DNA of 64,000 bases from a virus (taxonomy: Duplodnaviria; Heunggongvirae; Uroviricota; Caudoviricetes). The stretch lies in the IMG/VR virus record IMGVR_UViG_3300035520_000451; one strand, written 5' to 3'. Of the stretch, positions 10,320-19,609 are shown piece after piece (position 1 is the stretch's first letter; each line of letters begins with the position of its first letter). Below the pieces are notes generated by a model that ran no database searches, was not told the origin of the DNA, and worked only from the letters and a program-made list of their open reading frames with translations. The position numbers were made by a program, and so were the translations under genes.

Positions 10320-10614
10320 TTTCTTTGGTATTTAAAAATTCTAAAAATAATCCAGCATAAGATTGAGCTTCGCTTTCATCGTAGGAACCTCTTATATGAA
10401 ATTGAAAGCAATGCAGAAGTTCGTGAACGAATGTATGCTCTATTTGATATTGTTTAAGTTCTATCGCCTTAGTACCTTCAAGTACTTTAGTAGCAATTGT
10501 AATTTCCTCTAGAACTGAATTATAGCACCCAAATTCACCTGGGTCATCACAAAACTCTACTATATTTACAGTAACAGTGTGCCCATGTATAATAAATTTA
10601 CTAGGAATTATCAT
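10312..10614 (-). CDS. small HExxH-motif protein (putative metallopeptidase-like)
   Basis: HELLH motif in a 100-aa ORF. Confidence 0.35.
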   Translation of the reverse strand: MIIPSKFIIHGHTVTVNIVEFCDDPGEFGCYNSVLEEITIATKVLEGTKAIELKQYQIEHTFVHELLHCFQFHIRGSYDESEAQSYAGLFLEFLNTKENV

Positions 10615-10868
10615 TTAATACCTAAAATTAAATTCCATATATCAATTTCTTCATCGTAATCTAAAGAAATGACATATGAATTATCAAACTTTTTAATAAT
10701 AGTCTCTAACTGTTTAATATACAGTGTCCAAGTTCCTTTTCCGTGCAATCCTCCCATAATATTTAAAGTAATAATATTATTATTTTCAAGAGCACTTGCC
10801 AGAACTACTTTTTCTAAATTTAAATTGTCAATTAACTTTTCATATTTCTTTATTAAAATCTCATTCAT
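10611..10868 (-). CDS. hypothetical protein
   Basis: ORF. Confidence 0.4.
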   Translation of the reverse strand: MNEILIKKYEKLIDNLNLEKVVLASALENNNIITLNIMGGLHGKGTWTLYIKQLETIIKKFDNSYVISLDYDEEIDIWNLILGIK

Positions 10869-10884
10869 AGTCTCTAATGGCTAT

Positions 10885-11274
10885 TTAACAATTATTAATC
10901 TGTTCCATAAAGGTTTTATATTTTTTAGTACTTTTTACTTTTTCTAATTTTTCGGTGAGTAATTTTTCTGAAAAATCTGTTTCGTATATCCAAATGTAAC
11001 CATATAATTGAGCATCTCTACCTGAGGCAGCACTACTTACTGTAATTTTACCAAGTGCTTTTCCGGCTTCAGCACAACTAATATATTTAGATATAAAATT
11101 TCCGAGAAAATCGTATTGCAATACGGATTTATCATTTGATTTACATTTTGCCCTAGATTTATATTTTTGTAGGTACCCTTCATAATATAAATCTTTCTTA
11201 ACCCATATGTAACCTTTATAAGTATCTATTTTATTATTACAACATCTAGATATATTATTACTTTTATAATCCAT
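10885..11274 (-). CDS. hypothetical protein, possibly a detached DNA-binding module of the adjacent GIY-YIG endonuclease
   Basis: Its ATG directly abuts the stop codon of 11275..12003; SAASGRDAQLYGYIW motif resembles the N-terminus of 33605..34144. Confidence 0.35.
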   Translation of the reverse strand: MDYKSNNISRCCNNKIDTYKGYIWVKKDLYYEGYLQKYKSRAKCKSNDKSVLQYDFLGNFISKYISCAEAGKALGKITVSSAASGRDAQLYGYIWIYETDFSEKLLTEKLEKVKSTKKYKTFMEQINNC

Positions 11275-12003
11275 CTAACGCTCTATTTCTTTCATACTGT
11301 CCCATTCTTTAATTAAATTAAAATCAAGATCAAATTGTAAAATTGCGCAACCTCCATAATTATTTTTGCCATATTTCCAATGTTTTTCTCCAGAATGAGT
11401 TTCTGATAAAGTTTTTAGAGTTTTTTCTGAATGCTTATAGCCAACAATTCCATCACCTCCATTAGTTAAATTATAACCAAATTTATGATCAGAAGTTTTA
11501 TATTTATTAATATAATATATTTCTTTTTCGTTAACAATATCATTCAATAATTTTTTGTTCTCCGGCGTATTATCTAGAACGTCTGTTTGAAACAATATTA
11601 CTTTATCAAATTTATCCCAGCCATACTTTCTTATAGCTTTGTAAAAATAATTATTACCTTTTTCTGCTTTATTTCTATGCTCACTGAAACGTTCCTCATA
11701 ATTAGATTTTACTGTTTCTCCTATATATAATTTATTATTAATAGTATTTATAAAACAGTAAACTGTTCCTATAATTTTTTCTTTTAATACAATTATGGGA
11801 GATTCAATAATTAACATATCTGGTAAAGAATTTGTAACAATATTATTTAAATCACTTTTACTATTTCTCCCTTTTAAAAATCTAGCACAGGTAGGACATC
11901 CATATTTTCCATCTAAAAATGTTCTTGGGGTAGTTCTAAACTCACCATGATCTTTACAAACAATCGTAACATAATTTTTTTCCTGATTTGAAAAAGGCTC
12001 CAC
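11275..12003 (-). CDS. GIY-YIG homing endonuclease with N-terminal zinc finger and NUMOD3-like repeat
   Basis: GTVYCFIN...KLYIGET (GIY-YIG), RFSEHR, C-x2-C...CPTC zinc finger, HSEKTLKTLSETHSG NUMOD3-like. Confidence 0.7.
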   Translation of the reverse strand: MEPFSNQEKNYVTIVCKDHGEFRTTPRTFLDGKYGCPTCARFLKGRNSKSDLNNIVTNSLPDMLIIESPIIVLKEKIIGTVYCFINTINNKLYIGETVKSNYEERFSEHRNKAEKGNNYFYKAIRKYGWDKFDKVILFQTDVLDNTPENKKLLNDIVNEKEIYYINKYKTSDHKFGYNLTNGGDGIVGYKHSEKTLKTLSETHSGEKHWKYGKNNYGGCAILQFDLDFNLIKEWDSMKEIER

Positions 12004-12168
12004 TTTTGAATAATCAAATTGTGGAAACTTTTCATTAGCCTTCTACAAAAATTTAACTAATTTTTCTTCTTTATTCATAATATTTTATTTAATACATTAT
12101 TACTCTTCATGTGTAAAGATATTGAATTTTTAATTATCCATCAAATAAAATTTTTATAAATAATAATA

Positions 12169-13371
12169 TTAGTTTAAATCCCAACGAAATGCTATAAATT
12201 TAGGTTGCTGAGGAATACCGTATGGGGATATTTCAAAATATTTACAATCTCCTAATTGATTTTTATATTTTTCTTCAAAATTATCTACATATTCTTGTTT
12301 AATTTCTCTAGATCCCATTGGAGAAGCTTTAAAAGTTTTACCATCTTTCATTTCACAAATAAATACCATATCTTCAGAACCTCTAAGACCAAGTTCATAT
12401 CCTATAACTTTATAAGTATCATCAAAATAGCATTTTATTTTGATCCAATCATTTCCTCTGGCTCCTGGTTTATAAGTAGAAGAAGCTAATCGTATAACTA
12501 AGCCCTCCCATCCTTCTGCTACATAGGAATCATGTAATTTTTTCATATTATCATATCCTGTAATTTCTACTTGTGGTAAAAATTGGATATGCAGTATGTC
12601 CTCAGAATAATGCCTATATGGGTCAAATTCAGACAGCTGGAGCTCTTTTGACCACTCTTGCATAAGTTTGTACCTTTCAGTAAAAGGCTTCTCCAGATCG
12701 ACTATATCGTACCAATAAAACTCTAAATCTTTACCATCATTTACAGTAGATTGGCTTCTACATATACCACTAATTTTATTAAGAGTGTATCCCATTTTAA
12801 AGATTTCTCCATCTAAAATAGCTTCTGGATGATTTTTAAAGAATTCTTCTACCAAAGGATGCTGAATAATATGAATAATAGCTATATTATAATTTACAGC
12901 ACCTCTGGAAGCTGTTTGAATTTTACCATCTTTATAATAAATTAAACATCTAACTCCATTTACTTTTCGCGACCCATAATAGTCTTTATCAAAAGTTTTG
13001 GCAGACACTTTATCTGCTTGCTTGGCTAGCATAGGCTTAATTATACCATCTCCTCTAGTTTTAACATCTCCATATATTTCATTTAATTCTTCATCAGTAT
13101 ACTCGTTAGGATGTTTTTCTACTTCTTTATATCCTTTATCCAAGAATTTCTTTACTTCAGAATTAAATTGTAAAGTATATTGTTCTTTCCAATTTCTTTT
13201 CTGTTTAGTTTGAGAAACTACAATGGCTGGGGAAAGAGTATTCTTTCCCCGAACCTGACCATAGCTTCTTTGGATAACATATCCAGTATCTTCCCATTCC
13301 TCACTACATTCTACTACCGCATATCTGAATTTACCAGTAGAAGATTTTCCTAAAAGATATTTCTTAAGCAT
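12169..13371 (-). CDS. ATP-dependent polynucleotide ligase (DNA ligase-like nucleotidyltransferase)
   Basis: Motif I KVNGVR (KxDG/KxNG), motif III AILDGEIF, motif IV EGLVIR, motif V DWIKIK. Confidence 0.65.
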   Translation of the reverse strand: MLKKYLLGKSSTGKFRYAVVECSEEWEDTGYVIQRSYGQVRGKNTLSPAIVVSQTKQKRNWKEQYTLQFNSEVKKFLDKGYKEVEKHPNEYTDEELNEIYGDVKTRGDGIIKPMLAKQADKVSAKTFDKDYYGSRKVNGVRCLIYYKDGKIQTASRGAVNYNIAIIHIIQHPLVEEFFKNHPEAILDGEIFKMGYTLNKISGICRSQSTVNDGKDLEFYWYDIVDLEKPFTERYKLMQEWSKELQLSEFDPYRHYSEDILHIQFLPQVEITGYDNMKKLHDSYVAEGWEGLVIRLASSTYKPGARGNDWIKIKCYFDDTYKVIGYELGLRGSEDMVFICEMKDGKTFKASPMGSREIKQEYVDNFEEKYKNQLGDCKYFEISPYGIPQQPKFIAFRWDLN

Positions 13372-13677
13372 TTATTTACGACAGTCTTCTATTAATTCCC
13401 ATATATCATCTATAGTTTCTGTAGGTAATTCTTCTCCATCACACCACATTTTTAGATCTGGATTTTCTTTCTTTTCATAAAGCCACCAATATAAAGTATC
13501 TAAACCTTCATCATTAAATATTACTTTTAAGGCTTTATCAAATATTTTTAAAGCGGCATCTACTGCTTTATTCTCATATATACAGATATTAAGAGTATCA
13601 GAAATTTTATCCAATTCATTTACTAGTTCTGTATGTGTTTCTAGTAAACTTTTTAATTCTTCTTTAGTTATCACCAA
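13372..13677 (-). CDS. hypothetical protein
   Basis: ORF. Confidence 0.4.
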   Translation of the reverse strand: MVITKEELKSLLETHTELVNELDKISDTLNICIYENKAVDAALKIFDKALKVIFNDEGLDTLYWWLYEKKENPDLKMWCDGEELPTETIDDIWELIEDCRK

Positions 13678-13922
13678 TCGTAACTTTTAATATTTTTATT
13701 TACTTTATGATACTTAAAATTATGGTTAGCAATTATACATTCTAATAAATAATTTTCAACATCTTCATCTCTAAGATAAAAACTAATAGTATCAAGTATA
13801 TAATCTTTATCTTTAGAATTAAAATGTTGACCAGTAGAATGTATAAATTGGTAAAAGAAATCTTCTGCTGTCATATTACTTAGTTCCAGTATGTCCAAAA
13901 CCTCCTTTACGAGAAGTTTCAT
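13671..13922 (-). CDS. hypothetical protein
   Basis: ORF. Confidence 0.4.
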   Translation of the reverse strand: MKLLVKEVLDILELSNMTAEDFFYQFIHSTGQHFNSKDKDYILDTISFYLRDEDVENYLLECIIANHNFKYHKVNKNIKSYDW

Positions 13923-14385
13923 CTAGAGAATCTACTTGATTCCAATTAATTTGTTCTACTTTATTTAGTACAAATTGTGCTATTCTTTCACCGTCTTCAA
14001 TCCAAGCAGTTTCAGTACCTAGATTTATTAATATAACACCTATTTCGCTACGATAATCGCTGTCCACAGTCCCCACGCAGTTAGCACACGTGAGTCCTTC
14101 TTTTAAAGATAGCCCAGAACGAGGTCTTACTTGTATTTCATAACCTTCGGGAATAGCAGTAAATAAACCAGTTGGAATTAATGCTCTAGAACCAGGTTCT
14201 AGTCTTAACATAGTCATTTTATGCGCATCTCCTTTAAAAATTATCTCTCCCTCCCCATAAAGCTTAATAGGATTTTGAGGAGTTATTCTACTAAAATCAG
14301 CACGTACATCCATACCAGCTGATTGAGAAGTTTCATACTTAGGAAGATTATTATTTGAAATATTAATTACATTTACTGTTGTCAT
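13876..14385 (-). CDS. dut: dUTP diphosphatase (dUTPase)
   Basis: dUTPase motifs AGMDVRA, IPTGL, RPRSGLSLK, GVILINLG. Confidence 0.8.
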   Translation of the reverse strand: MTTVNVINISNNNLPKYETSQSAGMDVRADFSRITPQNPIKLYGEGEIIFKGDAHKMTMLRLEPGSRALIPTGLFTAIPEGYEIQVRPRSGLSLKEGLTCANCVGTVDSDYRSEIGVILINLGTETAWIEDGERIAQFVLNKVEQINWNQVDSLDETSRKGGFGHTGTK

Positions 14386-14387
14386 AA

Positions 14388-14798
14388 TTATAAAATACTT
14401 TTAGGAATAAATTTATTATTATCAATAACTAAATACTGTTTGTTTTCGAGACAATCACACGCATAAATTAATTGTCCATTATCTGCTACCATGCTTGTAA
14501 TTTCTTCTACAGGACTATGACCAATTACTTGATCATATCCATCTATATTACATGATATTAACTTAGTGGGTCGAATCCAAGTAATAGATTGTGTTACTGA
14601 TTCTCCACAGAAATCATAGCGATTATCAGGAATAAATCCAAATATTTCTGAAGGGGGTAATTTATTAACATCCTCTAGCTTAACTTTAGCACTTTGTTCT
14701 AACCAAACCTTAGAAACTCCAGCATGTGAAAAGATTATATTATTTTCAATATGTATCCATTGAGTATCTTCTAGAAATCTATCCTTCATAGCAGTCAT
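14388..14798 (-). CDS. calcineurin-like metallophosphoesterase, C-terminal part (interrupted gene)
   Basis: FSHAG and VIGHSPVE (GHxx) motifs; continues the N-terminal part at 15889..16113 across an HE-containing insertion. Confidence 0.55.
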   Translation of the reverse strand: MTAMKDRFLEDTQWIHIENNIIFSHAGVSKVWLEQSAKVKLEDVNKLPPSEIFGFIPDNRYDFCGESVTQSITWIRPTKLISCNIDGYDQVIGHSPVEEITSMVADNGQLIYACDCLENKQYLVIDNNKFIPKSIL

Positions 14799-14916
14799 AT
14801 GTTTAGCTACATATGAATCATATCCAGAACATTCACCCCAACTATATCCAAGTTCTTGATTATCCTTTTTGTTTAGATTAATTCGTTAAATTAATCCCAA
14901 TTTTAACGCTGCAACT

Positions 14917-15825
14917 TCATTTTGTTGCAGAACTGACTATATCTTCATCCTTCTCTTTTACAGAGTTAGGAGCCTCGCATTTCGAATCACTTGATTCTAC
15001 TCCCATTTCAGGGATAGTCGATGAACCTTCAACAGATATATTATCTGAAGCTTGGCTGCTGATTATCATCTCAGACGTTCCAGCAATTAACGAGGTGTCC
15101 TCTAAGGATTTCTCCTTAGACGCACAAAATATTTGTTCAAATTTTAATTTTTTTTCATTACACCAAATAGGTGATTTAGAATACATATATTCATACAAAT
15201 TTCGCATTTGTTTTCTACCAGAATATTCCATTGTGCAAACTTTATCACACGTAGGAGTGTTAGGATTCTTCGCTTTACTAAAATTTAATTTAGTTTTTTT
15301 AGAAACAATACCCTGTTGAATTAAAAAATCCTGTAAAGAACTTATAAATTCAGAATTGCCAGTAAAAGTAAATTTTACATTATGAACTATTCTATTTCTA
15401 TATTCTCCAGGCTTCTTTTCATTTTTTACAGTCATTACTTTACGTTTACCGTTCCAAACACAACCATCCCCGTCAAAATATCCTAAAATAAAAGAAGACA
15501 TTAATTCAATAGGAATAAAAGTTGGAAAAGTAAGAGTTAAAGATTTATTGCGGATTGCTCCTAGTTTTATCAAATCGGAACATAATTTTACACTATTAAA
15601 AGTAAGTCTATAAATATTGGGACTGTAACTCTTTATAGGATATTCGGAATTTAATGCTTTATTAATTTTTTCTAATATATCAATTCTTTCACCTAATTGA
15701 TCTAATTCTAGACAATCTTCTCGATTATACCCATCTGCATATATAAAGCCTAATATATATGCTTGTTCATGAGTTTTTAACTCATTAAAATAATTTTCAT
15801 TAAAATAGTATTTTCTAGTACTCAT
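14917..15825 (-). CDS. LAGLIDADG homing endonuclease
   Basis: ILGFIYADGY and ILGYFDGDGCV motifs. Confidence 0.8.
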   Translation of the reverse strand: MSTRKYYFNENYFNELKTHEQAYILGFIYADGYNREDCLELDQLGERIDILEKINKALNSEYPIKSYSPNIYRLTFNSVKLCSDLIKLGAIRNKSLTLTFPTFIPIELMSSFILGYFDGDGCVWNGKRKVMTVKNEKKPGEYRNRIVHNVKFTFTGNSEFISSLQDFLIQQGIVSKKTKLNFSKAKNPNTPTCDKVCTMEYSGRKQMRNLYEYMYSKSPIWCNEKKLKFEQIFCASKEKSLEDTSLIAGTSEMIISSQASDNISVEGSSTIPEMGVESSDSKCEAPNSVKEKDEDIVSSATK

Positions 15826-15888
15826 ATATATTTGAATTTTATTATTACAAATATAATATGATTACCTCAGATTGCCAATTAAAAATTT

Positions 15889-16113
15889 TTAAAATTTGTT
15901 AATTTTATGGTTTCCTCGTAGAAGTATTACTTTGTCAGGATTATTTTCTTTATATGTTAGGATCTCTTTTAAATTTTCTATTTGTGTTTCTGATGAAATA
16001 CCATAATGGGTAGTTACATAATCTCCAAGAAATATTACCTTATCTGGATGCTCTATTTCTAGAATTTTCTTCCATATAGTTCTGCCGTGTATGTCTCCTA
16101 AAACTACTATCAT
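15889..16113 (-). CDS. calcineurin-like metallophosphoesterase, N-terminal part (lambda-PPase-like motifs I-III)
   Basis: VVLGDIHGR (GDxHG), FLGDYV (GDxxD), LLRGNHK (GNH[DE]); ORF stops 4 codons after GNH. Confidence 0.6.
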   Translation of the reverse strand: MIVVLGDIHGRTIWKKILEIEHPDKVIFLGDYVTTHYGISSETQIENLKEILTYKENNPDKVILLRGNHKINKF

Positions 16114-16367
16114 TGATTTAAATAATTAATTAAAGATTTAATTACATCTTCCCCAGTTTCTGAATAAAACGCCTTAATGGGTTTATCATTCTCAAATATT
16201 GCTACAAATGGAGTTAATCTAGCTCCAAAACTACCTTTTAATTTCCAAGCTTCCTTCTTGCCATATCTAGTTTGATCATCTATAAAATGAAAGAAAGGAG
16301 ATACTTTAAAAGTACCGTCTATTCTCTTTATTGTAGATTCATCATTATAAACAATAAATATATCCAT
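16110..16367 (-). CDS. hypothetical small protein (paralog of 22111..22398)
   Basis: KLKGSFGARLTPFVAIFENDKPIKAFYSE versus KLKSEYGARLNPFILVMKDGNLNKLFYKE; no CxxC. Confidence 0.45.
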   Translation of the reverse strand: MDIFIVYNDESTIKRIDGTFKVSPFFHFIDDQTRYGKKEAWKLKGSFGARLTPFVAIFENDKPIKAFYSETGEDVIKSLINYLNQ

Positions 16368-16370
16368 ATA

Positions 16371-16883
16371 TTAATATTTCTTTAATACTAAATGATATTG
16401 TGCTAAAGATTCTTTAACATCTATAATTCTTTGATTGCTTGAACCTCTAAAAGGTAATGATACATCTCTATCTTCTAAATAAAATTCCCCATCTATTAAA
16501 ATATCTATATTACACAATACTGTATGCCAATTAAAGTTTTTAAGAATCTGTTCTATTGTATATCCTGTGTAAATCCAAATATCTTTAGTTGGAAATTTTT
16601 CTCTTATCTCAAGTATAAGATTTTCTAACTCTTGTGCATATTTAGAATTATCGAGTTTTATAGGTTCTCCACCAGAAAATGTTATACCTTTAATATAAGG
16701 TAATTCAAGAATTTTAAATAATTGCTTCTTAGTTTCTTCTGTAAAAGGTTTTCCATTATTTTCAATCCACGATTCTGGATTATGACACCCTATACAATGA
16801 TGCGGACACCCAGCAACCCAAAGAGTTACTCGACATCCGCATCCGTTATTAATATCAGGATAAGTTATTTTAAGATAGTTCAT
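16371..16883 (-). CDS. nrdG: anaerobic ribonucleotide reductase activating protein (radical SAM)
   Basis: GCGCRVTLWVAGCPHHCIGCHNPESW radical-SAM cysteine cluster, 170 aa. Confidence 0.85.
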   Translation of the reverse strand: MNYLKITYPDINNGCGCRVTLWVAGCPHHCIGCHNPESWIENNGKPFTEETKKQLFKILELPYIKGITFSGGEPIKLDNSKYAQELENLILEIREKFPTKDIWIYTGYTIEQILKNFNWHTVLCNIDILIDGEFYLEDRDVSLPFRGSSNQRIIDVKESLAQYHLVLKKY

Positions 16884-17051
16884 TCTCTTCTACATAATTT
16901 CGCATACCTTTTAGCACCGTTTCAGAACAAAATGAATGCCCCACCATTAAACCATGCAATCCTTGCAATATTTCTCCAACAGAACAATCATTACAATTTG
17001 TTTCCCAAGAAAAAATTGTATTTTCTACCTGTAAAGTAAGTTTAGTCATTT

Positions 17052-18065
17052 TTATAATTCTTTTATATGTTTAACTCGTTGTTCGACCTCCTGTTGCTTA
17101 CCAACGTTAAATGACGTCTTGTAGTCTCCGGTAAGGTAGCCTGTTACACGACGTAATCGTTTGATATTTTTACTACCGCACATAGGACAAGTATCATTCA
17201 ATTCATCAATATAACCACAGTCTTGACAAGAATCATTTGGTACATTAATGGCAAAGTATGGAATATCATGATCCATTGCATAATTAACAATCTCTTCAAT
17301 AGCTTCTGGATTATGCTTAGTAGAAGCAGGTAATTCAACATAAGTTATACAACCTGCACTACTGAAACCAGTAAGCTGTGATTCAATTTCAATTTTCTCA
17401 AATGGAGTGCATTCATGCCATACAGGTACGTGCATACTATTAGTAAAGAACTCACGTTCTGTAATTCCTGGAACTTCGCCAAATTGCTTCTTAAATTTCT
17501 GCATTGCTGTATAACACAGATTTTCAGCAGGAGTATAGTAAACACCAAAATTAAGTTTATAAGCTTCTTTGAATTCACTACATCTCTTCTTAAAGAGAGC
17601 TTCTAATTCTTTAGCTTTATCCATAATTTCTGAATCAGTGTGGTCTTTACCGAAAATAATTCTCAAAGCTTCTGATAATCCTAATTGACCAATAGCTAAA
17701 GTACCATGTTTTAATGCTGAACGGATACCTTCTTCAGGTTTATATCCATACATTACATTATTTTGATACATAAACTTAGCGGATGCAGCATCTTGACTAC
17801 ATATCCAATCAAATCGTTCAATTAGCATATCTTTTGCTTCATGAATCTTAGTATCCAACAATTCAATAAATTTATTCCATACTAAATCCTTGATATTTAC
17901 ATCTGCATTATCCATATTAGATATAGCTTGCAGTTTAGAATTCATTGCAAGTGTAGGAAGTATGATTGTAACAGGACAGATATTACCTCTACCATCTTTA
18001 AGTTGACCAAAACCATTAATATCCCAGCCATTCGCAGTTCTACACATTTTACCCAATGTCACCAT
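17052..18065 (-). CDS. nrdD: anaerobic ribonucleotide reductase NrdD, exon 2 (glycyl-radical domain)
   Basis: C-terminal Zn ribbon CQDCGYIDELNDTCPMCG and glycyl radical motif RVTGYL; MCRTANG aligns to E. coli NrdD MGCRSFLG. Confidence 0.85.
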   Translation of the reverse strand: MVTLGKMCRTANGWDINGFGQLKDGRGNICPVTIILPTLAMNSKLQAISNMDNADVNIKDLVWNKFIELLDTKIHEAKDMLIERFDWICSQDAASAKFMYQNNVMYGYKPEEGIRSALKHGTLAIGQLGLSEALRIIFGKDHTDSEIMDKAKELEALFKKRCSEFKEAYKLNFGVYYTPAENLCYTAMQKFKKQFGEVPGITEREFFTNSMHVPVWHECTPFEKIEIESQLTGFSSAGCITYVELPASTKHNPEAIEEIVNYAMDHDIPYFAINVPNDSCQDCGYIDELNDTCPMCGSKNIKRLRRVTGYLTGDYKTSFNVGKQQEVEQRVKHIKEL

Positions 18066-18331
18066 CGGAACTGACTATATGTTCATTCCTTGTTTCACAA
18101 CAAAGAGTTGTCTCTTGTTTGGAATCGGTGCTTATCTCCGATCCTACAGGGCTACACTCATCACCCTTAGTCGATACACATTCTGTACTAATATAACTAT
18201 AAGTACATTAGCACGGTCTCATCTTATTATTTACACTGCAATTATATAATAAGACCTAACCGTTAGCTTCTACGCTTAAATAGAAACACCCCTTAAGCAG
18301 GGTTAAAGAGATTTTAAATGGGCTGCAGTTT
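18066..18331 (-). other. ORF-less group-I-like intron interrupting nrdD (approximate bounds)
   Basis: 266-nt GC-richer, stem-rich segment with no ORF between two halves of one NrdD reading frame. Confidence 0.55.
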
Positions 18332-19549
18332 TCACTTACCCATTGTACTGAAATAAGTGCGAGGATCGTTTATATCATACCCTTCATTACCAGACCAATC
18401 TACATTGGCATAATTAGGGTATAACCTAAGACTCGTAACCTTAGTAGCTTCTTGGAATATATCATAATTCGGATCTCCAGGTTTTCGATTAACACCTTTC
18501 ATTAATTGAACGATACAGCACGGAAAAATCGGAGTGCTATGATGGCTACCAATACCATTCTTACTTACTTCAAGTAAAGCTAGACTAATAAGACGTCCTT
18601 CAGGTTGTGTACAAGTACCATAATTAATAGAAGTAAAAGGTAATTGATTACCACTTCTACTTTGTAGAGTATTTAAATTATGATACATACCTTCAACAGC
18701 TTGATGAATTTCTCGTTTAGTCATATCCAAAGCATATTCATAAGAATTAGGATGTTCTTTATACAAACTATCTTCTATAGACAAATCTGTTTGATCGTAT
18801 TTTTCATTACGAATGTGATCAATATACTTCAATCCAGTTCTATAATGCTTATTAAAAGATAGTCTTACATAGGGAACCATAGTCCAATCTAAATGAGTTG
18901 CAGATACACCACCAAATTGTTGTAAACTTTGTACTTGGAATATTACAGCTAATAATTGAAATGCTGTATTAATACTCTTAGCAGGTCTAACATCAGTTTG
19001 CTTTAGCTTAAACCCGTTAGCAAGTAAGTCATCTACTGGTATGCTCAAACAGTTGTGCATCCCTACAGCGTAAGAATCCAAATCATGAATGTATATTTCA
19101 TTATTTTCATGATTATGCTTAGCCATTTCAGACATACAATAATTAAGAGCATAATCTTTAGTTACAACTCTACCTGCTTCGCCAATACGTCCACCAAATG
19201 AATGCTCATCAATATTAGCATTTTGATTTTTTACATTAGAAGCTTCAAGTTTAGATTTAATACCTTTAATGAGTTTATCTTTTTCAGCACGGATCATCTT
19301 ACGTTCTTCTCTATAAAGAATATAAGCTTTAGCTACATCTGAATATCCATAATCCATTAAAAGTTCTTCAACTTGATCTTGTATATCTTCAATACTGATA
19401 TTATCCCAAATCTGGACTTCATCTACAATTTCCTCAATAGTTTTAGGGATACTTTCGTACCCACATTCTTTAAATGCTGCTGAAACTGCATTTACAATTT
19501 TACTTCTATTAAACTCAGCGGGCTCACCGTTTCTTTTTGTTACTTTCAT
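18332..19549 (-). CDS. nrdD: anaerobic ribonucleotide reductase NrdD, exon 1 (ATP-cone plus barrel)
   Basis: N-terminal ATP cone (VTKRNGEPAEFNRSKI); C-terminus ends FSTMGK, continuing into exon 2. Confidence 0.85.
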   Translation of the reverse strand: MKVTKRNGEPAEFNRSKIVNAVSAAFKECGYESIPKTIEEIVDEVQIWDNISIEDIQDQVEELLMDYGYSDVAKAYILYREERKMIRAEKDKLIKGIKSKLEASNVKNQNANIDEHSFGGRIGEAGRVVTKDYALNYCMSEMAKHNHENNEIYIHDLDSYAVGMHNCLSIPVDDLLANGFKLKQTDVRPAKSINTAFQLLAVIFQVQSLQQFGGVSATHLDWTMVPYVRLSFNKHYRTGLKYIDHIRNEKYDQTDLSIEDSLYKEHPNSYEYALDMTKREIHQAVEGMYHNLNTLQSRSGNQLPFTSINYGTCTQPEGRLISLALLEVSKNGIGSHHSTPIFPCCIVQLMKGVNRKPGDPNYDIFQEATKVTSLRLYPNYANVDWSGNEGYDINDPRTYFSTMGK

Positions 19550-19609
19550 TATTATTTATTTTAGGGTTAATTGATAAATATACACAATTATTCCCATATA
19601 ACAAAATGT

